NCBI RefSeq assembly: GCF_009914755.1
Contig: NC_060929.1
Direction: 5' to 3' (one strand)
Origin: the human T2T-CHM13v2.0 reference genome, Homo sapiens
Length of the DNA stretch: 64,000 nt
The notes below the pieces were generated by a model that ran no database searches, had not been told where the DNA came from, and saw only the letters and a program-made list of their open reading frames with translations. Of the stretch, positions 1 to 13,745 are shown piece by piece (position 1 is the stretch's first letter; each line of letters begins with the position of its first letter). The position numbers were made by a program, and so were the translations under genes.

Positions 1-1930
1 GTCATTTAGAATCAGTTCCTTTAATAAGCATCTTACAGTTCAAAATGCATTTCAAGGTTGTATCTGTTGTCTTAGTTGGTGAACCATGGGCATAGATAAA
101 CTGAAGAAAAATCAAGGCAGTGAGATTATTTGGTGCCTCTCAATTTGGCAATGCTGTCCAGATTTTATTTATGACATCTTTTTATACTGAAGTGGGGATT
201 GCTAAGAAAGTCATGTTTTTGTTTATTTCTCCTTTCATATTTCCGGACCCCATATACAAGCCTACACTTCTGGACATACAGTCACCAGCAAGTAGGAAAT
301 GTCTAAACTCCAGTTTTTAATTGGCAATGAAAAAGACTAAATGTAAAGTAGTTCTGGGTTTCCTTGCAGGCCTGAACTCACTCCAGTTGTCTTTGTAAAA
401 ATGAATAAAAGGTCCAAGCCTTGTTTTTTTCTTGATAGAGTTACTGGGCAATTTCGTTTTTGAAATTTTACATTGTGAGAACTAAGTTGTCCTTTCTGGC
501 ATGAATGATTCATGCAAGACAAACAAATAATACAAACCAAGGTCAGACACGTTAGTGCAGCTTCATACACAGTTGGAGGATGTTTTTCTAGGGCATTCTT
601 TTTGCTGGGCTGGGACATCCCAATGTGCAAATCAGGGAATTTCTGCTGTTACTAGATCTGTGCAGTGTCACATATAACAAAAAGTACTTTTTGTGTAATT
701 AGTGTGTTCCACCATCTTCATTTTACAACAAATAAAGGTTGGGGACTACCCCAAGGTTCTGTAGCGATGAATTGGCCATGGGCTAGCTAGGGCCCAGGTC
801 TAGGCAATGTAAAGAGGCTACAGTCCCTCCTTGAGCCAGCTAGTGATTGAGGAATTTTGTAACAAGGTGAACATGATGGTAAACATCACTTCTTTCTTAA
901 AGGGCAAAATGAGTTCATCTATTTTTATCAATTGCTTGGTTGGTTGCTGATAGAGTCCTTTGGATGAGACAATGTATTAATGTACCCTTATTCCTTCCTC
1001 CAGAGCACCTCTCCATTTAACATTTCTGTTTATCTCTAATCGTGCCCCCTTTCTTGTCCTTTGTCTACCTGAAAACAAGAGATTTACTAGATTCTCTCCA
1101 TGTGTTCAAAGACTTTTTCTAATGCCTTGTTTTTTTGTCAATACCTGTGTGATTATGGACATGATAGGATATTCCTTATCAAAACTATTCTGATGAACCT
1201 GCTGCTACATCTTGAAGCCTGGGAACTGTCATTTTAAGCAAACAACTATTATTTCTCAGATAAACAGTTGTGAGACATTTGTTCTAGAATGTTCCCCTTT
1301 GAAAACCAGGCAGAAGCAGTTAATCTGCACTGATTCCGGTTTTGTAATTGATGACCATCACTTCTTTGGGGTGTTCAGCGTGGCATAAGGGATGATTGCA
1401 GCTTTGGAGACATTGCATTGATGGATTTGGGTTGAACCCTTGCTTTTGCCACTCAAACGCCAAGTGGCTTTGAGCAAATTGCCATTTGAGTTCATTTTGC
1501 AAATGGAAATATTGGAATAATTATATCTAACTCATTGAGTTATTGTGAGGTTTAAATAAAATAGCTGCATAATGTCCCTCATAATGTAATAATGCCTGGC
1601 ACATGTTAGAAACTCAATGTATCTTAGAAAGCCTCCCGCTCCACTCTCTGTTTCGTGTCGTTTGCATGGAAAATTAGGCTGAGGGTTTGAGGCAGGTTAG
1701 GAGAGAAGAATGTACCTAGAATTTTGATGATGATTTTCTGGGTTTCTCTGCTTGTGAAAGTTATAGCGCTCTACACTCACAATCACTCTCATTTATTCAC
1801 CAGATATTTTCTGAATGCCAGCCATGTGCCAGGTACTACATGGGCCTAATTTTCAGATCCATATACTCTTAAAGCTAATGACATTGATACTATGTTCATA
1901 GCAAGCTTTCTAGCTTTTTTGTTTGTATAG

Positions 1931-2629
<699 letters not shown>

Positions 2630-3024
2630 AATTTTATTTTTTCTTTGAGAAATGTCTTATGTTCTCACTACTGAGGTAATTTCTTTCTCAGTGTCCCTAA
2701 ATACTGAGTAATTGGCTGACCCCCAAAGCCTTACTCAGTGAATCATTAATCATTTGTTGCTCTGCCTTAGAAAGAGTGCTGGTTTCATATTAGATGAGAA
2801 ATATAATGGTGGAATATTATACTTAACCGAAACATATCATTTCAGCACTTCAGGAGCAGAATGGCCTCATGTAAAGCCCTTGACCTTTTGTATGCAGAAA
2901 GCCTTGGGTTTGAGTACTGATGCCACCACTGACTAGTTTTGGGACATTTTACCTAAATGTTCTAATCCTAAATATCCTCTATGTGCTTGTCATAATTGTC
3001 ATGAGGACTAGAAATAGCTGTAAT

Positions 3025-3700
3025 CCAGTCAGAATGGTTACTATTAAAAAGTCAAAAAATAACAGATGCTGGCGAGGTTGTTGGGAAAAGGGAATACCCT
3101 GTTGGTTGGAGTGTAAATTAGTTCAATTATTGTGAAAACAGTGTGGTGATTCCTCAAAGAGCTGAAAGCAGAACTACCATTCAACCCAAGAATCCCATTA
3201 TTGGGTATATATCCAGAGGAATATAAATTGTTCCAACATAAAGATACATGCAGGTCAATGTTCATTGCAGCCCTGTTCACAATAGCAAAGACATGGAATC
3301 AACCTAAATGGCCATCAATGGCAGATTGGATAAAGAAAAGGTGCTACAAATACACCATGGAATACTGTGCAGCCATATAAGAGAATGAGATCATGTTCTT
3401 TGCAGGGACATGGATGGAGCTGGAGGCCATTATCCTTAGCATACTAATGCAGGAACAGAAAACAAAATACTGCATGTTCTCATTTATAAGTGGGAGCTAA
3501 ATACCGAGAACACATGGACACATAAAGAGGAACAACAGACACTGTGGCCTATTGGCAAGTGGAGGGTGGGAGGAGGGAGAGGATCAGAAAAAAATAACTA
3601 TTAGGTACTAGGCTTAGTACTTGGGTGATGAAATAATCTGTATGACAAACCCCCATGACATGAGTTTACCTTCATAACAAACCCGCACATATACTTCCTT
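3025..3700 (+). mobile_element. L1 3' fragment (end of ORF2 plus 3'UTR; older L1PA type)
   Basis: aaaaagtcaaaaaataacagatgctgg...atggaatcaacctaaatg...catgttctcatttataagtgggagc. Confidence 0.9.
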
Positions 3701-4080
3701 TTTAAAAAGGAAGAGATATGTAAAGCATAAAGCACTGAACCTGGCATGATGTAAATGCCCAGCAGATAGAACCATTTAAAAAACCTTACTGCTTGATTTT
3801 CTTTTACTGCCAAAAGGATACATATTTACTGTAAAACATTTAGAAAACCTGGTTAAACCAAATGAATAAAAGAATAATCATGCATAATCTCAAGACCCAG
3901 AGATACCCACTGATGCCATTTCACTGTAGCTCTGTCTCTCTTTCTCATTTTAACCCTTTTCCCTCTTTTCCCCAGATAGTAGTTTCAACCATATGCAGTT
4001 GCTGCATCCTTACCTAAATTAATGGCAGTTTCATCAGGTTCATTCTGATATATTGCTAAAATTGGATTACATGGGGCATC

Positions 4081-4374
4081 TTTTTTTTTTTTGAGACAGA
4101 ATCCCACTCTGTCATCCAGGTTGGAGTTCAGTAGAGCAATCACGACTCACTGCAGCCTCAACCTCCTGGGCTCAAGTGATCCTGCCACCTTAGCCTCCTG
4201 AGTAGCTGAGACTACCAGTGCAAGCCAGCACGCTGGGCTAATTTTTGTATATTTTTGTAGAGATAGGGGCTTGCTGTGTTTTCCAGGCTGGTCTCTAACT
4301 CCTGACCTCAAATGATACTCTTGTCTCAGCTTCACAGAGTGCTGGGATCACAGGCATAAGCCACTGTGCCTGGC
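4081..4374 (-). mobile_element. Alu (AluJ-like)
   Basis: poly-T then gagacaga...gccactgtgcctggcc. Confidence 0.9.
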
Positions 4375-4589
4375 CTTTTTAAAATCTACTTTTTATAATT
4401 ATGATATCATAAATATGGTTCCAGTTCATAAAATCATCTTCTATAAAAATCATTTAATTAATCGATAGTATTCCATTGTATGACTGTACCACAATTTTTT
4501 CACCAGCTGCCTATTCCTGGAAAACTAGGTTGTTTTCAATTTATTGTTATAATCAGTGCTAGGATAAATGTCCTTATAGCTTTGGAGAG

Positions 4590-4815
4590 AGTGAAATATA
4601 GTGGTTTAGAACACGGACTCTGGAGGCAGGAGGTCTGTGCTTCACCCCTTGCTACCTGCGTAACTTTGAGCAAGTCACCTGGATCTCAATTTCTTCATCT
4701 ACATAATAGGGACAACAATAGCACCTGTTTCATAGGGTCACTATGAGAGTTAATCTATCACGATGCTTGGAACAGTGTCTGTGGGCATGCTAAGGTATTA
4801 TTAATGAGTTAGCTA
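4590..4815 (+). mobile_element. MIR
   Basis: Core gtaactttgagcaagtcacct...tctcaatttcttcatctacataatagggacaacaatagcacc. Confidence 0.75.
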
Positions 4816-4843
4816 TTTATCTTTTATGAACGGTTATTGTCTT

Positions 4844-4879
4844 TATGTGTATATATACATACATACACACATGCGCGCG

Positions 4880-4945
<66 letters not shown>

Positions 4946-4948
4946 TGC
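4844..4948. repeat. Compound alternating purine-pyrimidine microsatellite including (GC)8(AC)26
   Basis: Read directly from the sequence. Confidence 0.97.
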
Positions 4949-5080
4949 TTATTTCTTTAGGAAAAACTCCCAAGAGAAGAATTTATGGTAAAGGGGCTTT
5001 ATTAGACTTTGCCAGACTAATTTCTAATAAGGATGTGGTAATTTACTGTCCTGTAGTACTATATAAGAGTGCTGGTTTCT

Positions 5081-5375
5081 AGCTGGGTGCAGCAGCTCAT
5101 TCCTGTAATACCAGCACTTTGGGATGCCAAGGTGCGCAGATAGCTTGAGCTCAGGAGTTCAAGACCAGCCTGGGCAACATGATGAAACCTCATCTCTACC
5201 AAAAATACAAAAAATTAGCCAGTCATGGCAGCATGCATCTATAGTCCCGGCTACTCAGGTGGGAGGATCACTTGAGCCCAGGGAAGGTTAAGGCTGCAGA
5301 GAGTCAAGATCGCACCACTGCACTCCAGCCTGGGTGACAGAGTGAGACCCTGTCTAAAATAAAAAAAAAAAAAAA
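5081..5375 (+). mobile_element. Alu (AluJ-like) with TSD AGAGTGCTGGTTTC
   Basis: Dimeric Alu with poly-A; TSD at 5066-5079 and 5377-5390. Confidence 0.93.
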
Positions 5376-5669
5376 GAGAGTGCTGGTTTCCACACAAAGG
5401 GAGAGGCTACCATTATCACTGTAAGTATCAGTCTCAACATTATTATTATTATTATTATGACTCAGGGTGCACAGATTTTCACCTCTGAAATCAGAATGCA
5501 TCTAATCATCATCGTCAAACAGATGACTGTCATTCATGATTGTACAAAACCTTCTATTGACTCTGCTGAAATGAAGAAAGAGTGTCATTGCATCCTAACA
5601 TCTATGAAATTCCATTTCATTTGGAAATTACAGAACAAGGCAAGCAAATATAAAGATTATGAACTAGTT

Positions 5670-5810
5670 GCTGGGCACAGTGGCTCACACCTGTAATCCT
5701 AGAACTTTGGGAGGCCAAGGCTGGAGGATCTGTTGAGGCCTGGAGTTCAAGATCAGCCTGGGCAACATCGTGAGACCCCATCTCTACAAAAAGTAAAATA
5801 AAGAAAAATT
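5670..5810 (+). mobile_element. Alu left monomer (FLAM-like)
   Basis: gctgggcacagtggctcacacctgtaatcc...gagaccccatctctacaaaaa, no right arm. Confidence 0.85.
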
Positions 5811-6079
5811 ATCATCTGAGTTCAAAGTGAATGCCATGGAAAATAGATAATGCCATTTTCAGAGAGCATCTTAGATCGGTTCTCAAAAGTGTGCCTAAGG
5901 ACAGAGTTTCCTGAGCTGCATTTCGAAGGCTGGGGAGTACTGAGGGAGCAAGAGGACAGGTCTACTATCTCTCCATAGTTATTTCTACTTCTTTTTGTTG
6001 TGTACAGAGCTGTGAAAATGATAATGGCCATAGTACAATAGCAGAGAGAATCAAGTTCGTGTTGATAAACTTTTGGCTG

Positions 6080-6450
6080 TTGCATGTATCATTCCCTGCA
6101 GCCCCTGCACCCCTCACACCCAGACTTCCTACTTAACAGTCCTCTACCCTGTACCTAAATGTGGCACACCCTGCCTTTTGGTCTCAGTTTAGGCATCAGT
6201 TTAGCTGGGAAGCCTTTTCTGATGCACCAACACTGGTTGGTTAAGTACCATCTCCTTATGTTTTCCGTTGTACCTAAGCCATCCCCTGACCTTATTACTT
6301 ATTATTCAGTATTGTATTGCTTCAGACTTGGTGTCTCTGTCATTAAATGGAAAGCCGCTAGAAGCCTGTGCTCTTTATTTTCCTTTGAATTCCAGTCTAG
6401 CACCATGTCTGATACATGACAGGTACTTAAAAAATATCACTTGAATGAAC
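6080..6450 (+). mobile_element. L2 3' remnant
   Basis: cagtctagcaccatgtctgatacatgacaggtacttaaaaaatatcacttgaatgaa resembles the L2 terminus. Confidence 0.55.
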
Positions 6451-7959
6451 TTCAGTACCCAGCCCGTGAATGTAACCTGGGGTTACTGGGGTATTGGAAG
6501 TTATAACCGTAAGGGTTCCAATGTGAGTCTATTGTCTTGAGAAGATCCAGTTCTCTACTAGTTTTCACTTACGGACTGGAGCTTGGATTATATGTAATCC
6601 AAGTAGTACCCAGCAGTTTAAACTTCCAACTTATTATGAGAGCTTATTAGAGCAAGCTGTCTGTGCCTGTCTGAGACTCTCATTAAGCCATTCCATGAAA
6701 TATCTGCATGAATCTGGGCATCTTGCATCTGAGAGCCCATTTCCGGCGGTTAGTGCAGTTAGAACTGAAACCAGAGGCTGAAAATGAGTCGGCACTTGCT
6801 CACTAGCATTTAGGTCACTTTCAATTTAATCTGAAATAAAATTCTGTTCCTTTACTTCTTTTTTAAAAATTAGGATACTCAAGCTATTTTCATGTTAACT
6901 ATATATTTTCTAAGTTGTTAGTGGGAATAGCCAACCAGTCACTTTCTCTTGTGGAGTGAAAGAAACTCTTGCCCTGTGAGATTAGAGTGAGGTGTTAAGG
7001 AAAAGATGTCAGATAGTTTGAATTCAGACCTTCTCCGAGCTGTCTCTCCAAATGTGGTACTTGAATTCAGGATAACTGGTCAAATTCTGCACTAAACATA
7101 AGGAATGAATTCTGCCTCCAGTCTAGACAAAGTCAGTGTACCCTTGTAGTTATCAGGGATGAGAGCTGGCTTATATGCTGTAGACTGTGTAACTCACTGG
7201 GATACATTTAAAAATGGATGCATTGAAGTGGTTAAATATGACAAATGAAGAAAGGAAAGGAAGTCACGGTAATGTCTGAATTCAACCCAGGTTTCTGTGT
7301 CCTACTTGTTCTTATACCTATTTGTCTGTAAACATGTGGATTTTTTTCCTGAATAGACCATGTTGATGTATGGTATTCACATTGTGAGGTCCATGTATTA
7401 GTGGCATTTTAGGAAAATATAGCCCGAAGTGGGGAAGCTATCACTTGAAAACATGTCATCATGCTTGGACATAGCCAGGAAATTAACCATGTCAGCATGA
7501 TAATATTTCTTGAAAAGCCTGAAACCCATTTTTCTATGCTGATAGTTATCAGTTTCTGCTATAAACTCACTTGTATTATGATAAGATATCTTCAAAGTTT
7601 TTTTTTTTCTTTTTTTTTTGTTCTAATCCTAAGAAAACAGAGCTGGTGTCTGCCTGACTGCCCCACTGGGAGATAAGTTGTTGAATGAGGTGTAGAACAG
7701 GGTTGTGAAGAAGAGGAAAAATCAGTTCTGTCCCCTCAGTTCCTCTACTTCTCCCTACCTCTCTCTTGTTATATAAAACATGTTCTGTAAAGTGTATGTG
7801 CTTGGGGCCACCCTGACCACAGTGTCACATGGGGGAAAATTCTGTAATAACCCACCGTGATTTTTAAAAGTGTTTTGACATGATCTTGTTGTTTTTATCA
7901 AAGTAATTTTTATTAGGTAAAATTTCTTTTTTGTTGGTCAACTAATTCTCTACTGAACA

Positions 7960-8350
7960 TAAGGAGTTGACAGATATTTAATTCAATATCTGAGGTTCCT
8001 AGAAGTTAAGAGGGACATGGAAACTTTGGAGAGCATTCAGTAAAAGGATAAATGAAATTGAATAAACTTTTTGAAAGTATGGAAAAGTATTGGAGTTGTA
8101 GTATCTAGAGAAGAGCAGGCCAAGCTGCATTCACATTTGGGAATAAGGTCATTTTTAATACAGAGGAGAGTGGTGAACTGGTTTACTATATTGTGAAAAA
8201 GTCAGGAGAAAAAAAGGATTCAATGATAAGATAATGGATTTAGCTCATACGGAATGATTTTTCTTACTCTTGAGGATTGATGAATCAAGTAACAAGTTAC
8301 AAAGGCCTGTGTAATTTGTTTTGGAGTCCCTTCAAAACAGGATGGAGTCT
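7960..8350 (+). mobile_element. CR1/L3 remnant
   Basis: ttaagagggacatggaaactttggagagcattcag...tctagagaagag resembles the L3 3' region; highly diverged. Confidence 0.45.
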
Positions 8351-9185
8351 TCTCTACCTGGGGTAGCTGAGATCAAAAGGGACATATCATGTAATTTTCT
8401 TAAAGATTTTTTTCTTTTGAGATCCTAGATTAAAAGAATTACAGTGGAAAAAAGACTCATTGTCCATATCCATAGGCAATAAAAGAAACAACTCATATGA
8501 ATAACAATTAGGCTTCAGTCTCATTTTGAAACTACCACCTAATCTTATTTTGTGAAAGAAGATTGTGAGTTCTTAGGTAATTGCTTTCTTGATCTGCTTT
8601 AGGTTCAATAATTCTCTCTCATTGTTTTTAATTGTATTAAAGTGTGTTTATTAAAATACTAATGAGACCAAAGTCATACTGATTAAAAACAGAATTATTC
8701 ATTTAAACCTTTTGATATTATGAAATCCAAGGTAGAGTCTAATATTGGAAGACGAATTCAGTACTTCTGATGAGTTGTTTGCTGTGTACCTAGAGTTTTC
8801 TTCTTTTGAACAATTTATTCCAGATCTGTTGAAGTTACAAAATTTTTATGAAATGAAACTTTTTTTTAATTGTAAAAGCAGTTTATTTTGAGCTCTAGGC
8901 AGGGTGCTTCTTCTTCAAGTGATTTTTATAGCATCTAATAAATATACCGCTGGCTCAGCAATACATACTAAGAGTAGATTTTGTTTATCATCACCCTCTT
9001 TAATTTTTTAGAATGTTTGGAATTGAAGTTTTTTTCCTTCCCTGCTCCCCTTTTCTACTCACTGACTTTTGTATTGCAGCCGCTCTTTCTTTTCTTTGGA
9101 ACTGCACTTTAAATATATCTCTCAAATGCCATTTTCTTCCTTTGTCTTTTACCTGGTTTCGTTTGCCTATTATCTTTTCATTTAA

Positions 9186-9621
<436 letters not shown>

Positions 9622-10290
9622 TTGACTGATATCTTAAAAGCAGATCAGTAGTTTACTTCTTAGAGGACTCAGGACTCTGGCCCAGACCTGTAGCAGGGTC
9701 AGTCCACTCCCCAGTACTTCTGACTCTGTGTCCCCTCTCCCTTTTCATGGTTACTGCCTGTGATGGTCATCTGGACTGTTGCCATTTTTCCTGCTCCATC
9801 TCTCTGCCTCTCATCGTCAGCTCCTTCCACACACGTAGGAGGAGGCAAATCTGTGCTCTCCCTTCTTAAAATCTTTCACTACCAATCCCTTGTTCACAAG
9901 ATGCAATCCAAACCCCTTAATATGCTAAAAAGTCCCTGCATGAGCTGATCATTCCCGTCTGCCTAGCCAGGCTGCTCTCCTTGCAGAACCCCTGAGCTCT
10001 TCCCCTAGCCCACTTCTCTAGCCACATCAAACTCCACACTCTGGATGCAGAACACAGTCTGAGTAAAGGCATGGAGACTTTTTATTTATTTATTGACATG
10101 ATTGTCAATGAAGTGATAATTAAGCAATGGAGTGACAGGAGGTGGCCCAGTTGGTGCTGAGCACCAGTTTGTGAAGCATTGCCATGGGTTGGGGCCAGGG
10201 CCCTGATGTCCAGCTAATGAATGGCCATGAGAGGTCACCAAGCCATTCTCCCCGAGAGGCGAAGAAATCTGGTTCTCCCTTACCCACTGA

Positions 10291-10566
<276 letters not shown>

Positions 10567-11679
10567 TAAGTCACATGCTGCCCAGCAGCAGAGCAGAGCC
10601 CACCCACCCTCTCCATTCATGCTGCTGCTGCCATCATATTTCTTGTGCCTCAGTTTGCATTGCTGCCTGAAGAGTTACTGATGGGTCTAGGCTGCAGGCA
10701 CAGTTATAGAGGTCAGCAGTGATGGCCACTAGGTGCTGCTGCTGTTTGGCCCTTGCACATCAGATCCCAGCCTGAATCTAAGGGTCAGCTTCCATGCTTT
10801 CCTTCTAGCAGGCAAAGAGAGAGAGGGTCAGTCAGGATGTTGTGTTGAATGGCACTATTTGGGGGTTGTTGGGGCATATTTGGGATTCTGTTTGGATCTC
10901 CCGAGAATATGTTCATTTATACTGCTGGTTGTTAATGGTCCATGTCTTTTTGCTCTTTGTGGCAATTAATTAGCTGGGGAAAGCTGGGTGGGTTCAGTGC
11001 ATTAGAAGAGAAAAGGAGGAAGGTGTTAAAAATAATCCATAATAAAAGATTAACTCTTAGGGATACATACATTATTTAATGCTCATGGATACATATTGCT
11101 TTGTGAATGTGAAGATATATGTATTACATCTATGTAGATTTTGTGCACACACATAGTTTAATTCTTTCTGAGGAACATTCAAGCAACTACTTAACCTCCA
11201 CTGTCTTTATTTTGTTGGAAGGGCATTCTTCAGTTCACTTCTATTCACCAACAGAATTAAGAGGCAGAAGTTGCTAAAAAAAAGTAAGAGATAGAAAAAT
11301 CCTCTTCCCTTACTGAGAAAATTACATTTATAAATCAAAGAACTAAAACTTGAAAAAACAAAATGTGGCTGATTAGGTAAACACTTCCTGCCAACAGTGT
11401 TAAACGCCTGTAGAGTGGAGCTAAAGAAAAAAATTGCATTAGCCTAGAAAGCCCTGATTTTCAGAATTGATGATTATCTCAAACTGTTTAATTGTTAATA
11501 TTGCTTTTATGGGTTTTCATCAAGACCACAATTGAACTGGGCTGTGGGAAACTTGGAGCAATTTCCCAGGAGAGCAGGAAAGACAAAGGCTTAAAGAAGA
11601 AGGGCCATGCGACACGTGGGTGGGTGAGGGAAGGGAAACTTGTCAGTCAGTAGGAGAGAACACCAAAAATGGATGATGA

Positions 11680-12039
11680 GAAGGAGTTCATGTCCTTTGC
11701 AGGGACATGGATGAAACTGGAAGCCATCATTCTCAGCAAACTAACACAGGAACAGAAAACCAAACACCGCATGTTCTCACTCATAAGTGGGAGTTGAACA
11801 ATGAGAACACATGGACACAGGGAGGGGAGCATCACACACTGGGGTCTGTCTGGGGGTGGGGGGAAAGGGGAGGGAGAGCATTAGGACAAATACCTAATGC
11901 ATGCGGGGCTTAAAACCTAGATGACAGGTTGATAGGTGCAGCAAACCGCCATGGCACATGTACACCTATGTAACAAACCTGCATATTCTGCACATGTATC
12001 CTGGAACTTAAAGTAAAATTTTAAAAATTAAAAAAAAAA
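11680..12039 (+). mobile_element. 5'-truncated L1PA 3' end
   Basis: gagttcatgtcctttgcagggacatggatgaa...G-rich tract...gcacatgtatcctggaacttaaagta then A-tail; flanking GGATGATGA repeat. Confidence 0.93.
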
Positions 12040-12454
12040 GGATGATGAATATGTGCACAAAGGGTGTGATGTGCAACATCTCAATTTTCTTTGGGAACAG
12101 AACAAACATATAAACAAAAGTAGACTTAAACTGGAGCACAAGCGCTTTATAAGTGTTACATGAGAAGTTCCTGTCATCAATGAGTGTTTGGCCAGTTTTC
12201 TTCCTCAGTGTTCTCAGATAGGATAGCTTCTCTTCAAACCGAAATGGCTTTATTAGAAAGTACCCCAAAACAAAGGGAAGGACTGGGTGACTCCTCAAAG
12301 ACACTTCCAGGCAATATGATTAATGTTCTTGATGTTAATTAATTAAATGAACAATTATTGAACACAGAAAGCTTGTCTATTTTGGGGACCCTGGGTACAG
12401 TGAACCCGAGGGTCATGTGTCTGGGAAATAACAGTGTCCTTTGTCACATGTTAA

Positions 12455-12850
<396 letters not shown>

Positions 12851-13349
12851 TAAAAAAAAGAGAGACAAATATCTAGTCTCACATGACAGTCAGTGCTGAT
12901 AAACACTGGATTTATTTAACAATCATTTTCATAATTTTGTTCCATGAGTTGCTGTTGTTCTTTGGGAACATTATTCTTAACAGTGCAAGTGTCACCTGAA
13001 AAAAAATCATAGAAATCTGGGGATACATTGAGGTAAACCACATTTACCAAGTATTGCAGGACTTCTCAGAGCCTTGAGTGTGATAATCCAAGAGGAAGCT
13101 ATTCAACATGTTTTCCAAATTTTGACGAGAATACCCTTTCTTCATGTAGCAATTTCACATGCTTAGAGTTATGTAGAATACACAGTGACAATTAGCTTCA
13201 AATTAGACATCTGAAATCAGGAAATATAATAATATTGATGTCATCTCTCTGAGTTGGTTTGTGCCTGTGTCTGCTTGAAGGCAGATGAGTGAGCAACCAA
13301 TATCTGTTTCCTTCATTAACAAACTATTTAACAGAGCAATTGACTTTTT

Positions 13350-13745
13350 TATCACCTTCTATTTCCATGAGCAGTGCTAAAGCTGTTCTTTCAGAGGTTA
13401 CAAGGGACTTAATTACCAAAACCCTTCTGTTCTCATTCAGCTTCATTTCTCCAAAGCTTTTCACTCTGTTGAGTACCAACCTCCCTTCCTTAATCCCTTT
13501 GCCTTCTATTTTTCTAATCATCCCGTCTCTTACCTTTCATACTAAAGATCCTTTTTCTAATCTCCCTTCTTCTGCATACTTCTTCATTACAGGATTTTGT
13601 AGGTTTAAGTCTTGTTCTTCTCTTTTCTCACCATAAATCCACTCTGGCAATCTCATCCAGACCCATAGCTTTAAGAAGTACTTGATGGTTTTTCCAGATT
13701 TTGATCTTACCTGCCTTGAGCTTAGATTTATATTTGTCACCCCAA
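13350..13745 (+). mobile_element. L2 fragment
   Basis: ctctggcaatctcatccagacccatagctttaa...ttccagattt resembles L2 ORF2. Confidence 0.6.

Noticed and set aside
4837-5082. ORF with a poly-(HT) tract resembling a metal-binding peptide
   Set aside because: It is simply the translation of the (CA)n microsatellite
2772-5390. AAGAGTGCTGGTTTC at 2772 matches the TSD of the Alu at 5081
   Set aside because: One or two 15-mer coincidences are expected by chance in 64 kb, and there is no flanking homology
10723-10741. CTCF-like TGGCCACTAGGTGCTGC (and a weaker one at ~27635)
   Set aside because: Mismatch at a highly conserved core position; not supportable without ChIP data
11852-11876. G-quadruplex-like tract
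   Set aside because: Standard G-rich segment of the L1PA 3'UTR, present in many copies genome-wide
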